DNA of 64,000 bases from Octopus vulgaris (GCA_951406725.2 OX597815.1:188728001-188792000), one strand, 5' to 3'. Positions 12,738 to 25,368 are shown, counted from the first letter of the stretch. Made by a program: numbers and translations. The notes: generated by a model not told the origin, from the letters alone.

Positions 12738-13219
12738 ATATATTTGTTCTATTACTTATGTAAACATAGATTTCAGAAAAATCTTAGTTATTCAAAAGAA
12801 AAATATAGAACTGAATAAAAACAACAAATCTATTACACTTCGAATTACTTTTTAATTTAGAATGAGTTTCAGCCTCTAGCCATTATTTAATGCACTTGAT
12901 TTCGTATATATTAGCTAAATATTCTCATTTTAATGACAGTAAATATATATATATATGTTACTACAAATTATGCAGCCATTTATAGATAGTTGAAATAGGT
13001 CACTTGAGAGTGTATTAGGCAGAAGAGCAAAAGATCTCTGATCCAACCTTGGGTTTTATCATGTGAATGACATTCTTTTTTTGCCCTTGAAATCATTACA
13101 AATTGATATTTCTACCATTTAACTTACTTAGGGAGGAGGGAGGGAGAGTGGAGGAGGAGGAGGATAGGCAACCAGGTTTCACTCACATATATACATATCA
13201 GAGCATAATCATCATTATA

Positions 13220-13344
<125 letters not shown>

Positions 13345-13506
13345 TGATGTAAATATGCCATTTGAATATGGCTAACCCCTAAGGGTGGATGCTACTGTAG
13401 TTTTTAGCCCCAGGAAGACATCTCCTCCAGCTGGCTATAGACACACTTTCTGTGCCCTATCAGTATTTGCAAAGGAAGCCATCCTTCCCGTCTTCAACTT
13501 ATGATA

Positions 13507-13551
13507 CACACGGACCCGAGTTTCAAGGTATTGACCTATCATCAGCGTGTG
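13507..13551 (-). ncRNA. Type I hammerhead ribozyme motif
   Basis: Mirror copy of 13658-13702. Confidence 0.85.
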
Positions 13552-13657
13552 ACAATCACAGTTGTCGATAGGAAGGAGGTTCTCTTTACAAATACATACT
13601 GGAAAATGTATATGTATTTGTAAAGAGAACCTCCTTCCTATCGACAACTGTGATTGT

Positions 13658-13702
13658 CACACGCTGATGATAGGTCAATACCTTGAAACTCGGGTCCGTG
13701 TG
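13658..13702 (+). ncRNA. Type I hammerhead ribozyme motif
   Basis: cacacg CTGATGA t aggt caat acct t GAAA C tcgg GTC cgtgtg: 6-bp stem I, intact core, GUC cleavage triplet, minimal stem III. Confidence 0.85.
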
Positions 13703-13864
13703 TATCATAAGTTGAAGACGGGAAGGATGGCTTCCTTTGCAAATACTGATAGGGCACAGAAAGTGTGTCTATAGCCAGCTGGAGGAGATGTCTTCCTGGG
13801 GCTAAAAACTACAGTAGCATCCACCCTTAGGGGTTAGCCATATTCAAATGGCATATTTACATCA

Positions 13865-13984
<120 letters not shown>

Positions 13985-14608
13985 TATAATGATGATTATG
14001 CTCTGATATGTATATATGTGAGTGAAACCTGGTTGCCTATCCTCCTCCTCCTCCACTTCCTCCTCCTCCCTAAGTAAGTTAAACGGTAGAAATATCAATT
14101 TGTAATGATTTCAAGGGCAAAAAAAGAATGTCATTCACATGATAAAACCCAAGGTTGGATCAGAGATATTTTGCTCTTCTGCCTAATACACTCTCAAGTG
14201 ACCTATTTCAACTATCTATAAATGGCTGCATAATTTGTAGTAACATATATATGTATTTACTGTCATTAAAATGAGAATATTTAGCTAATATATACGAAAT
14301 CAAATGCATTAAATAATGGCTAGAGGCTGAAACTCATTCTAAATTAAAAAGTAATTCGAAGTGTAATAGATTTGTTGTTTTTATTCAGTTCTATATTTTT
14401 CTTCTGAATATCTAAGATTTTTCTGAAATCTATGTTTACATAAGTAATAGAACAAATATATTACTCTTTTACTTGTTTCAGTTATTTGACTGTGGCCATG
14501 CTGGAGCACTGCCTTTTTAGTCGAGCATATCGACCCCATGACTTATTCTTTGTAATATATATATGAATGTGAGTATGTATCTATATGTATATATATATAT
14601 ATATACAT

Positions 14609-15650
14609 AAGCTCGCAAGAAATGAAGCCAGTATGCTCCGATGGATGTGTAATGTCAGTGTTCATAATCGACAGAGTGTAAGTACCTTGAGAGAAAAGCT
14701 GGACCTAAGAAGCATCAGTTGTGGTGTGCAAGAGAGACGATTGCGCTGGTATGGTCATGTGGCGAGAATGGATGAAGATAGTTGTGTGAAAAAGTGCCAC
14801 ACCCTAGCGGTTGAGGGAACCTGTGGAAGAGGCAGACCCAGGAAAACCTGGGACGAGGTGGTGAAGCACGACCTTCGAACTTTAGGTCTCACTGAGGAAA
14901 TGACTAGAGACCGAGTCCTCTGGAAGTGTGCTGTGCGCGAGAAGACCCGGCAGGACAAGTGAGTCCATAACCCGTGGCCTTCTACTTGGGATGGAGCCAG
15001 CTTACGTATGCATACCTTCCTTCTTGGGACAAAACTCTACTTGTGAAGACCTGTTGAGGCAAGTGAGGATCAGAATCGAAATCGATCAATGGAAATTGCA
15101 GATGTGTTACCAGTGCCGGTGGCATGTCGATACTCTACTTGTGTAGACCCGTTGAGGCAAGTGAGGATCAGAAATGGAAATCGATCAATGGAAATTGCAG
15201 ATGTGTTACCAGTGCCGGTGGCATGTCGAAACTCTACTTGTGAAGACCCGTTGAGGCAAGTGAGGATCAGAATGGAAATCGATCAATGGAAATTGCAGAT
15301 GTGTTACCAGTGCCGGTGGCATGTAAGAGAACCTTCCGTTTCGCGACCGTTGCCAGCACCGCCCCGTTTCGTGTCTGTTGCCAGCCTCGCCTGGCCCTTG
15401 TGCCAGTGGCACATAAAAAGCACGATCCGTTCGTGGCCGTTTGCCAGCTCTGTCTGGCACCTGTGCGGGTGGCACGTAAAAAGCACCCACTACACTCACG
15501 GAGTGGTTGGCGTTAGGAAGGGCATCCAGCCGTAGAAACACTGCCAGATTTGACTGGGCCTGATGAAGCCTTCTGGCTTCACAGACCCCAGTAGAACCGT
15601 CCAACCCATGCTAGCATGGAAAACGGACGCTAAACGATGATGATGATGAT
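14609..15650 (+). mobile_element. RTE-clade LINE, 5'-truncated (ORF C-terminus to 14962, 3' UTR, (GAT)n tail)
   Basis: [39 protein letters not shown] is the RTE C-terminal motif; ~99 bp triplication at 15032-15325. Confidence 0.92.
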
Positions 15651-15748
15651 ATACATACATAGGTGAGTTGAGTATAGAAATTCGGGGTGAGTACTTGATA
15701 ATTATAAGCACCTGTGTATACATACATATATATATATATGCACATATA

Positions 15749-16161
15749 CAGGAGTGGCTGTGTGGTAAGTAGCTTGCTTACCAACCATATGGTTTCAGGT
15801 TCAGTCCCACTGCATGGCACCTTGGGCAAGTACCTTCTACTATAACCTCGAGCCAACCAAAGCCTTATGAGTGGATTTGGTTGATGGAAACTGAAAGAAG
15901 CCTGTTGTATATATGTATATATATATGTGTATGTATATGTTTGTGTATCTGTGTTTGTCCCCCCAACATCGCTTGACAACCGATGCTGATGTGTTTACGT
16001 CCCCATAACTTAGCGATTCAGCAAAAGAAACTGATAGAATAAGAACTAGGCTTATAAAGAATAAGTCCTGGGGGTGATTTGTTTGACTAAAGGCAGTGCT
16101 CCAGCATGGCCTCAGTGACTGAAACAAGTAAAATGACTTAAACAAGTAAAAGTGTAAAAGA
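15749..16161 (+). mobile_element. SINE family A
   Basis: Family match. Confidence 0.9.
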
Positions 16162-16176
16162 GATATATATAAATAA

Positions 16177-16425
16177 ATGTTCCTTCTTGAGCCATACCAG
16201 GCTCATAAGGGTCAGTTTCCCGGTTTCAGTGGCGTAGAAATTCCCCACCTGGACAGGACACCTGTCCTTCGTAGGATTACTCATTTTTGCCAGCTGAGTG
16301 GACTGAAACAACGTGAAATTAAGTGTTTTGCTCAAGAACACAATGCATCGCCTGGTCCAGGAATCGAAACCACAACTTTACGATCATGAGTTCAACACCC
16401 TAACCACTAAGCCACACGACTCCAC
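16177..16425 (-). mobile_element. SINE family C variant
   Basis: tRNA-like head on minus strand; tail shared with 9895-10197. Confidence 0.75.
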
Positions 16426-16494
16426 ATACATATATATATAGACACGTATATACCAATGAAAAGAAGACAAAGAAAATTCTGTAATACACCTTTA

Positions 16495-17085
16495 ATTACA
16501 AGTTACAAATGTTTCTGTACCATCTTCATTTGCAATGGCAGTAAATGCAAAAATTATAAAAGAAAAATTATGCAATGTTTGCGGTTTTAGGCATTGGGAA
16601 GGCTTTTCCTCAGACTTGCATCAAAGGTGTGCTATTACCTTGTGTGTCTATCAGACCTTGTTGGGAAAGTACCAGAAAGATATAAGAAATAAAGAATAAA
16701 AAATGTGTATGCAGGATGAGTCTGTGGGGTAGATATTATGTGGTGGGGTGGAGGAATCAAGAGGATAGGTGTGTATAATGATGAGAGTGATACGTATAAT
16801 GAAATGTATCCACCCTCTTGATTCCCACCCCCATATAATATCTTCCCCACAGTCTCATCCCGCATATGTACACTTTCATTTTTTTCTTTTTTCTTTCCTT
16901 CCGGTACTTTTCCTCACAACATGGTCCGAGATAGACACACAATGTAATAGCATGCCTTTGATGTAAGTCTGAGGAAGTGCCCCACCGATGCCTAAAACCG
17001 CAAGTATTACGTAATTTTTCTTTTAGAATTTTTGCGTACGCTGATGTTGCAGAAGGAGATGGTATGGAGACTTTGGTAACTCATA
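16495..17085. repeat. Diverged inverted pair of Penelope-like ends (spacer ~16772-16805)
   Basis: For example gcggttttaggcat..cctcagacttgcatcaaagg versus cctttgatgtaagtctgagg..atgcctaaaaccgc. Confidence 0.85.
16497..16620 (-). ncRNA. Type I hammerhead motif with ~91-nt stem II domain
   Basis: Minus strand tgcaagt CTGAGGA [91 nt] GAAAC attt GTA acttgta. Confidence 0.65.
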
Positions 17086-17089
17086 ATTA

Positions 17090-17624
17090 GGTGCAGGAGT
17101 GGCTGTGTGGTAAGTAGCTTGCTTACCGACCACATGGTTCCGGGTTCAGTCCCACTGCGTGGCATCTTGGGCAAGTGTCTTCTGCTATAGCCTCGGGCCG
17201 ACCAATGCCTTGTGGGTAGATTTGGTAGACGGAAACTGAAAGAAGCCTGTAATATATATATATATATATATATTAAGGTATGTAGAAAAATACAACATGG
17301 ACAAGAACGTATAACTCTTAGAAGACGATACAATAAACACGGACAGGACATTCGAAACCCTCAGTCTTCAGTCAAGAACCGGATCATCGTAGTAATTTCG
17401 GTGTGTGTGTATGTTTGTGTGTCTGTGTTTGTCCCCCTAGCATTGCTTGACAACTGATGCTGGTGTGTTTATGTCCCCGTCACTTAGCGGTTCGGCAAAA
17501 GAGACCGATAGAATAAGTAGTAGGCTTACAAAGAATAAGTCTTGGGGTCGATTTGCTTGACTAAAGGCGGTGCTCCAGCATGGCTGCAGTCAAATGACTG
17601 AAACAAGTAAAAGAGTAAAAGAGT
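17090..17624 (+). mobile_element. SINE family A with an insert (~17276-17400) in its central microsatellite
   Basis: Family match; insert homologous to 34427-34545. Confidence 0.88.
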
Positions 17625-17737
17625 ATATGTTAAAGAATTTTATTTGTCTTCTTTTTATTGGATTATTTATGCTTCGCCAAACCATATGATGGTATAACTG
17701 TCGTGAAACTTGGATTTTCCACACCAGGAGTATTCCA

Positions 17738-17968
17738 GTGGCAAGCTGGCAGACATGTTAGCATACCGGGCAAAATGCTTAGCGGTATTTTGTCTACCGC
17801 TACGTTCTGAGTTCAAATTCCTCTGAGGTTGACTTTACCTTTCATCCTTTCAGGGTAGATAAATTAAGTACCAGTTATGCACTGGGGTTGATGTAAGTGA
17901 CTTAATCCTTTTGTATGTCCTGGTTTGTTCCCTCTGTGTTTGGCCCCTTGTGGGCAATAAAGAAATAA
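17738..17968 (+). mobile_element. SINE family B
   Basis: Family match; ggagtattccag is duplicated on both flanks (TSD-like). Confidence 0.88.
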
Positions 17969-18088
17969 GGAGTATTCCAGCTTTGGCTTGGATCACAACA
18001 GTGTTGATAGCCCTGTATTCGGTTGAGTGCTTCTCTGGAGAAATACCCTAACTTCACACCCAACTGCCCTTAGCTATTTGCTCTATAC

Positions 18089-18320
18089 CTATTTCTTTAT
18101 TAATCACAAGGGGCTAAACATAGAGGGGACAAACAAGGACAGACATAGGTATTAAGTCGATTACATCGACCCCAGTGCGTAACTGGTACTTAGTTTATCG
18201 ACCCCGAAAGGATGAAAGGTAAAGTCGACCTCGGCAGAATCTGAACTCAGAACGTAACGGCAGACGAAATACCGCTAAGCATTTTGTCCGACGTGCTAAT
18301 GTTTCTACCAGCTCGCCGCC
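18089..18320 (-). mobile_element. SINE family B
   Basis: Family match; tttgctctatacc is duplicated on both flanks (TSD-like). Confidence 0.88.
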
Positions 18321-18495
18321 TTTGCTCTATACCAAATAGCGCTCACCACTTCACCTCGTTATGGCTTAACAGCCAACACCATTTGTTTTTAGTGTTTTGT
18401 TCTTACTGTCCTGTTTTTGTTACTACTTTAACCCTCTGCAAAAAATCCCAAATTATATTTAATTTGCTTTGCAGGAAAGATTGTTTTGATCAGCT

Positions 18496-18556
18496 CGTGT
18501 CTTGTCCCTACCTTTGAAACATGGAGTAGATAAAATAGGGGACAACTGATGAAGGG
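18496..18556 (+). ncRNA. Candidate non-circularly permuted hammerhead (family P1)
   Basis: cgtg TC ttgtccc ta ccttt GAAA catg [15 nt] gggacaa CTGATGA aggg. Confidence 0.7.
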
Positions 18557-18835
18557 AAAGTTCTTTATGTTGCATGTCTCGTTTCTCTGTTTTTTTCGTT
18601 GTTAAAAAAAAAAAATTTGTTTTCTGTTTTTGTTTTTTATGTTCTCATTTCTCATTTTGTTCATGTCCTGTACCCAAATACCATATATGCATGTATATAT
18701 ACATATATGTGTAGGCATGTACATGTGTGTGTGTATATATGCAAATATGTATATATTATTTATATTATTATATATATACATATATATACACATATATACA
18801 TACACACACGTGCACACACACACACACACACACGT

Positions 18836-18878
<43 letters not shown>

Positions 18879-19236
18879 ATTTATATACATGTGTTATATA
18901 TGTATATATACATATAATTATTTTCACACTGGTGGTTGCCGTGATTCGGCACAAAAAGAATCAGATGCAGCGGAGACTTCAACACAATGGGTTGGGGCTC
19001 TCTAACATGGTAATGCATGCAGAGGAAGGTGAGGCTATTATGCCAGTCCAGAAACTGGCCCATGTGATTCCAAATACTTGAATGTATGCTGAGAGATTGT
19101 GTTGCCCATTTGCTTTCAGACAGTTGATTTCTGTAGTTATTATCAGTGTATTTTGGCAATTTAAATAAGAGGTTTGACAGTTATTTCTAGCAGATAGACA
19201 TACTTAGTATGATTAATTTTAATGACCTGCTGTGCT

Positions 19237-19822
19237 TAACTAGGATCGTAGGGCGACCTGCTGTGCTTGAGGAGACCTATTGAGTCAAGTACATCAACAT
19301 CAAAATAAAAATCAAATGGAAATTGTAGATGTGATACCCGTGCCTGATACAGTGATACGGTGCTACTGTGCCAGTGACATGTAAAATGCACCCACTGTAC
19401 ATTCGGAGTGGTTGGCGTTAGGAAGGGCATCTAGCTGTAGAAACACTGCCAGATCAGACTGGAGCATGGTGCAGCCTCCTGGCTTCCCAGATCCTGAGGT
19501 ACGTAAAAAGCACCATCTGAATGTGGCCAATGACAGTGCCGCCTTGAGTGGCGTACGTGCTGGTGGCACATAAAAAGCACCAACCGATTGTGGCCATTGC
19601 CAGCCTCCTCTGGGCCCTGGGCCGATGACATGTAAAAAGCACCCACTGCACATTCGGAGTGGTTGGCATTAGGAAGGGCATCTAGCTGTAGAAACACTGC
19701 CAGATCAGACTGGAGCATGGTGCAGCCTCCTGGCTTCCCAGATCCCGATCGAACCGTCCAACCCATACTAGCATGGAAAACGGACGTTAAACGACGACGA
19801 TGATGATGATGATGATGATGAT
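19237..19822 (+). mobile_element. RTE-type LINE 3' UTR with internal duplication
   Basis: Tail block cacccactg.acattcggagtgg..cccagatcc occurs twice; ends in (GAT)n; homologous to 52310-52743. Confidence 0.8.
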
Positions 19823-19833
19823 ATATATGGATT

Positions 19834-20358
19834 GTCAGTAGATCATATATCCAAAAACGAAATGCACTCTAAACATTAGAATAGTAGCATATACTAAGTT
19901 AATTATCTGGCCAGTCATAGAGTGACTAATGGTTTTGCATCAAGAAAGTGCTTAGGCCTTATAGATGGTTCGTTGGAATCTAATGGCTGCAGGAATATAA
20001 CCTCTTTTCAAATTGAAGGTTTGTCGAATAACCAAAGTTGTATAGCACTGTATTATCTGAGAGACACTGGCTTTCATGATTATGTAGATGCATGCAGCCA
20101 GAGGTACAGCTATCAAATACAAACAAGGTGGTGGTCTTTTGTAAAACACCCTGTGTCTAGGACTCGTAATGGATAGTCAGTAGATCATATATCCGTAAAA
20201 GAAGATTGCTCTAAATGGTTGAGCAGTAATGTATTTCGAAGTTAATTATATGGCTGGTCATAGAGTGACCAATTGTTTTGCATCTATAAAATGCTTGGCC
20301 TTACAGATGGATCATTGGACTTTAATAGCTTTCGGCATATAACCTCTTTTCCAGTTTG
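19834..20358. repeat. Diverged tandem repeat, period 342 bp (~1.5 copies)
   Basis: gtcagtagatcatatatcc at 19834 and 20176, with colinear similarity to ataacctctttt. Confidence 0.85.
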
Positions 20359-20418
20359 GTCAACTAGAGCAAATTCAGCTAATTAAACAAATTAAATTAC
20401 ATATATATATAAAACACA

Positions 20419-20461
<43 letters not shown>

Positions 20462-20708
20462 GCACACATATACAAGTGACTTTAGTATTTAACAAAGATT
20501 TTTTCTTTCACCTGAGGATGGAGCTAATTTCTGCATTGTTTTAAAGGATTATTTGTATTAATGCAGTTATGGAAGTAATTTATTTATTATTAAATATGAT
20601 AAAATAAATTATCTTTACATCCTTTAAGTTGTGAAACCATTTGATGTAATATTTGAATTTTCTTATAGTTAAATGAATTTCATCATACTATTTCTCTTGT
20701 CATTTATA

Positions 20709-20762
<54 letters not shown>

Positions 20763-20861
20763 CACATATATGTATGTATGTGTGTGTGTGTGTGTATAAT
20801 TAAGTTTGAAAATGGAGAGATACAATGGATACAAATTAATTTATTAATTGATTATCATCTT

Positions 20862-20963
20862 CACCTACAATTGTTTCATTTCACATCCAATTTATACTAC
20901 AAAGCATATATAAATATATGATTTTGCATTTCAAAATACCTTGGGTGGAATATCATCAGGGTA
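20862..20963 (-). ncRNA. Type I hammerhead motif with long stem II domain
   Basis: Minus strand tacc CTGATGA [75 nt] GAAAC aatt GTA ggtg. Confidence 0.7.
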
Positions 20964-21049
20964 TGCAAAAGGACAATACAAGGATTACATTATGAGTCTA
21001 TTGGAGTATTTCAACCGATCATAATGTAATCCTTGTATTGTCCTTTTCA

Positions 21050-21151
21050 CACTCTGATGATTTTCCACCCAAAGAATTTTGAAATGTAAGATTATATCTT
21101 TATATATGTTTTGTAGTCTAAACTGGATGTGAATTGAAACAATTGTAGGTG
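21050..21151 (+). ncRNA. Type I hammerhead motif with long stem II domain
   Basis: cact CTGATGA [75 nt] GAAAC aatt GTA ggtg; palindromic ACAATTGT stem III. Confidence 0.7.
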
Positions 21152-21353
21152 ACGATGATAATTAATTTATGAATTAATTTGTATCCATTGGATCTCTCCG
21201 TTTTCAAACTTAATAATAATATTTTATATTTTATATTTTATATTTTATATAATATATTAATTGAAGAAATATCTCTTCAAAATACAATATATTAAACCAG
21301 TATATATTGGCTAAAAATAGCCCTATAAGAGGCCTAAATATCCTCATAGTGGC

Positions 21354-21385
<32 letters not shown>

Positions 21386-21390
21386 CCCCA

Positions 21391-21595
21391 GGGGTATATG
21401 GCGTAGTGGTTAAGAGCGCAGGCTACTAACCCCAAGATTTTGAGTTCGATTCCATGCAGTGACCTGAATAATGAAAATAATAATTTCAGAAAAATACCTT
21501 AGGAATGAGAACCCAGGTTTGAAATTCTCCCAGGACACCTGATGTCTTAATAACAAACAAGATGAGGACAAATATCTGTCAAATGTAAATAATGT
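21391..21595 (+). mobile_element. tRNA-headed SINE-like element (family D)
   Basis: A box tggcgtagtgg and B box gagttcgattcc, but anticodon and acceptor arms do not pair. Confidence 0.6.
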
Positions 21596-21604
21596 ATTAT
21601 TTTA

Positions 21605-21986
21605 GGCAGAGGAGTGGCTGTGTGGTAAGTAGCTTGATTACCAACCACATGGTTCCAGGTTCAGTTCCACTGCGTGGCACCTTGGGCAAGTGTCTTCTAC
21701 TCTATCCTCGGGCCGACCAAAGCCTTGTGAGTGGATTTGGTAGACGGAAACTGAAAGAAGCCCATCGTATATATGTGTATATATATATATATATGTGTGT
21801 GTGTTTGTGTGTCTGTGTTTGTCCCCCTAGCATTGCTTGACAACCGATTGCGGTTCGGCAAAAGAGACCGATAGAATAAGCACTGGGCTTACAAAGAATA
21901 AGTGCCGGGGTCGAGTTGCTCGATTAAAGGCGGTGCTCCAGCATGGCCGCAGTCAAATGACTGAAAGAAATAAAAGAGTAAAGAGT
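21605..21986 (+). mobile_element. SINE family A
   Basis: Family match with an internal deletion. Confidence 0.9.
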
Positions 21987-22437
21987 AATATATATATATA
22001 TATATATATATATAACACTCCTCTCACAACCTGGGACCTTGAAGACTGCTTTAATGCAAGAAAGTATACGAGTCCCTTAATATTTGATGTTCAATATTTC
22101 ATCTATTCAATAGGACAATCAGTACTTCATTTCATTTTACTATATATACTTTTTATACTATATATTCTATATTCTACGTTAATATTATAAAGAATATAAA
22201 TAAAACATAAGAAACAGAGTTGGAATTCCTTTGAATAATAAATATCCCTCTATATACAATCATACATACAAACCCCTGAGGATAATTAAACCTCTTATAG
22301 GGATATTTATCCAAGATATACTGGTTTACTGGTTTAATATATTAAATTTTGAATATATTATATTGAATACAGTAGGATATCAAACATTTTTACCTAGTTA
22401 GAAAACAGAGAAATCTAATATATACAAATTAAATTAT

Positions 22438-22560
<123 letters not shown>

Positions 22561-23019
22561 GTGTAGAAATGGGTTTACATCCTCAAGAGTCAGTCCATCA
22601 TTCAGTGAGGAATGATACTCTGTTAGAAATTTATTTTCTTTCCATTTTAGATATACTCCTGAATAATGACTTCCAATAAAAATGCTTCTGGCTAGAACTG
22701 AACCAGTGTTTTCAGCTGCAAATCGTTTTATGCAATGTGATGAGCGACAAGGATATACCTATATCAATAGAATGGCTTACAAGATTGGTTCACTAATCTC
22801 ATCTCTCTTTTTTTTTTTGTTTGCTGTGTTTTTTTTTATAGCTGCAATGTGCAGTGCTTAAAGGAGTTCACATTTATAATAATATCAATTATGACAGTAA
22901 CAATCATACATAGATGCATGCACAGCAGATGCACCCAGTTGCATGCCTACAGACCAAAATATTAACACATGCACACACACACATGTACACATGTACATAT
23001 ATATGCATGCACACACACA

Positions 23020-23071
<52 letters not shown>

Positions 23072-23196
23072 GCTTATATGTATATTTATATAAAATATAT
23101 ACACACACATGTATATATATATTCACAAACACATTTTATATGAGTGTGCGTATTATATGTATATATATATATATATATGTTTATATATGTATGTAT

Positions 23197-23324
23197 ATCA
23201 TCATCATCATCATCGTTTAACGTCCGTTTTCCACGCTAGCACGGGTTGGGTGGTTCGACCGGGGTCTGGGAAGCCAGGGGCTGCACCAGGCTCCAGTCTG
23301 ATCTGGCAGTGTTTCTACAGCTGC
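23197..23324 (-). mobile_element. RTE tail fragment
   Basis: (ATC)n gtttaacgtccgttttcc.. Confidence 0.8.
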
Positions 23325-24266
23325 TTATATATATATATGCTTATATATACACCCTCGTATATATATATATGTTTATATATACACCCTTATATATATATAT
23401 GTTTATATATACACCCTTATATATATACCTTTATATATATATATATATATATGCTTATATATGTATGTATATATATATATATATGTATAGGCTTATATAT
23501 GTATATATATATATACATATATATATATCACATGCATAATATATATACGCACACACACATGAACGCACACACATATCACATTCATACATACATACATACA
23601 TACATGCATACATACATGCATACATACACATGAGTATGCATCACACACGCATACACACATCTACATACACACTCTCCTTTTTCACTGATAATCGTACAGA
23701 GTTCACCAACAGAATTTTCCATAAATGGAAACTGCTATTTTTCCCCTAGATTTATCTGTAATTACGTTAGGCTTGGGTCTCAATTGAATTATTCGCTGTT
23801 CCATGAATAACAAAAACTGATACAAGTTGATATAGAAGTAGAATATGTCTGAGAAAAATCTTCAGTTAAGAATCAAATATGTATCGCAAATTAGAAATAC
23901 CATCTCATTTTTCATTACAGCAAAGCATTGAATTTCTCATATTTCTCAACTTGTTTTGAAATATGGGTATTTTTATTACTGAAATGGTGCCACCAACTTA
24001 CTGAACCAACCGAAAATTCCAGCAACCACTAAATAACTGCTAATATACTCATCTTCTCTTCCCTGTTTTATTATCACCACCAACATTGGTGCAATCACCA
24101 CTATTATCGCTGCCACCACCAACCACCACCACCACCACCACAACCACCACCACCACCACCACCGCCGCCACCACCACCACTACTGCTGCTGCCATCAGTG
24201 AGATCTCATTCCCTTCATCAATTCTTACTTCTGTTCTCTTTTGTTCTATCATGTCAATATGCTTGT

Positions 24267-24300
<34 letters not shown>

Positions 24301-24513
24301 TCGTTCTCTCTCTCTCTCTCTCTCTCACTCTCTCGCTTTCTCTTTCTCAGTCGCTATATATAAATATACACATGTACATGCAAGTATATAAACACACGTG
24401 CATGTATATATCTTGTGTGTGTATATATACATATAAATGTATATATATATATGTGTGTGCGTGTGTGTTGTATGTAAATGTTGTGTGTAAATGTATATAT
24501 GCGTGTGTGTATG

Positions 24514-24565
<52 letters not shown>

Positions 24566-24629
24566 ACACTCACACTCACAAACACATTCACACAATACAT
24601 ACATATGCACACATTTGTACATATATATG

Positions 24630-24660
<31 letters not shown>

Positions 24661-24683
24661 ATGTATGTATATGTATATATTTA

Positions 24684-24845
24684 GCCACAGGAGTAGCTGT
24701 GTTGTAAGTAGCTTGCTTATCAACCACATGGTTCTGGGTTCAGTCCCACTGTGAGGCACCTTTGGCAAGTGTCTTCTATTATAGCCTTGGGCTGACCAAA
24801 GCTTTGTGAGTGGATTTGGTAGACGGAAACTGAAAGAAGCCCATC

Positions 24846-24880
<35 letters not shown>

Positions 24881-25090
24881 TATGTGTCTGTGTTTATCCC
24901 CCCCCCCCCCCACAAACATCACATGACAACCGATGTTGGTGTGTTTATGTCCCCGTAGCTTAACAGTTTGGCAAAAGCGACCGATAGAATAAGTACTAGG
25001 CTTACTAAGAAGAAGTCCTGGTCAATTTGTTCGACTAAAGGTGGTGCTCCAGCACGGCCGTAGTCAAATGACTGAAACAAATAAATAAAA
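24684..25090 (+). mobile_element. SINE family A
   Basis: Family match. Confidence 0.9.
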
Positions 25091-25227
25091 ATAATATATA
25101 TATATATACATATACATATACATATATATACATATACATATATATATACATATACATATACATATATATACATATATATACATATACATATATATATACA
25201 TATACATATACATATATATACATATAC

Positions 25228-25259
<32 letters not shown>

Positions 25260-25299
25260 ATATATGTATATATATATACATATATATATATACACACAC

Positions 25300-25364
<65 letters not shown>

Positions 25365-25368
25365 ATAT

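Larger units (their letters stand above)
20797..21217. repeat. Inverted pair of Penelope-like ends (spacer 20996-21018)
   Basis: ..aaggacaatacaaggattacattatga / tcataatgtaatccttgtattgtcctt.. Confidence 0.92.

Noticed and set aside
12249-12818. Recurrent ORFs such as [18 protein letters not shown] and [16 protein letters not shown]
   Set aside because: Chance frames through SINE family A, not a gene family
13435-13774. Identical 70-aa ORFs on both strands
   Set aside because: A by-product of the palindrome, with a non-ATG start and no recognisable domain
20506-20650. CTGAGGA..GAAAC with long internal inverted repeats (similar case at 4985-5110 on the minus strand)
   Set aside because: May be decayed long-stem-II hammerheads, but the cleavage triplet, stem I or core is too degenerate to support a call
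21391-21465. Possible tRNA gene (also family C heads, e.g. 37695-37767)
   Set aside because: A and B boxes are present but the cloverleaf is broken, there is no oligo-T terminator, and the sequence continues into a repeat body
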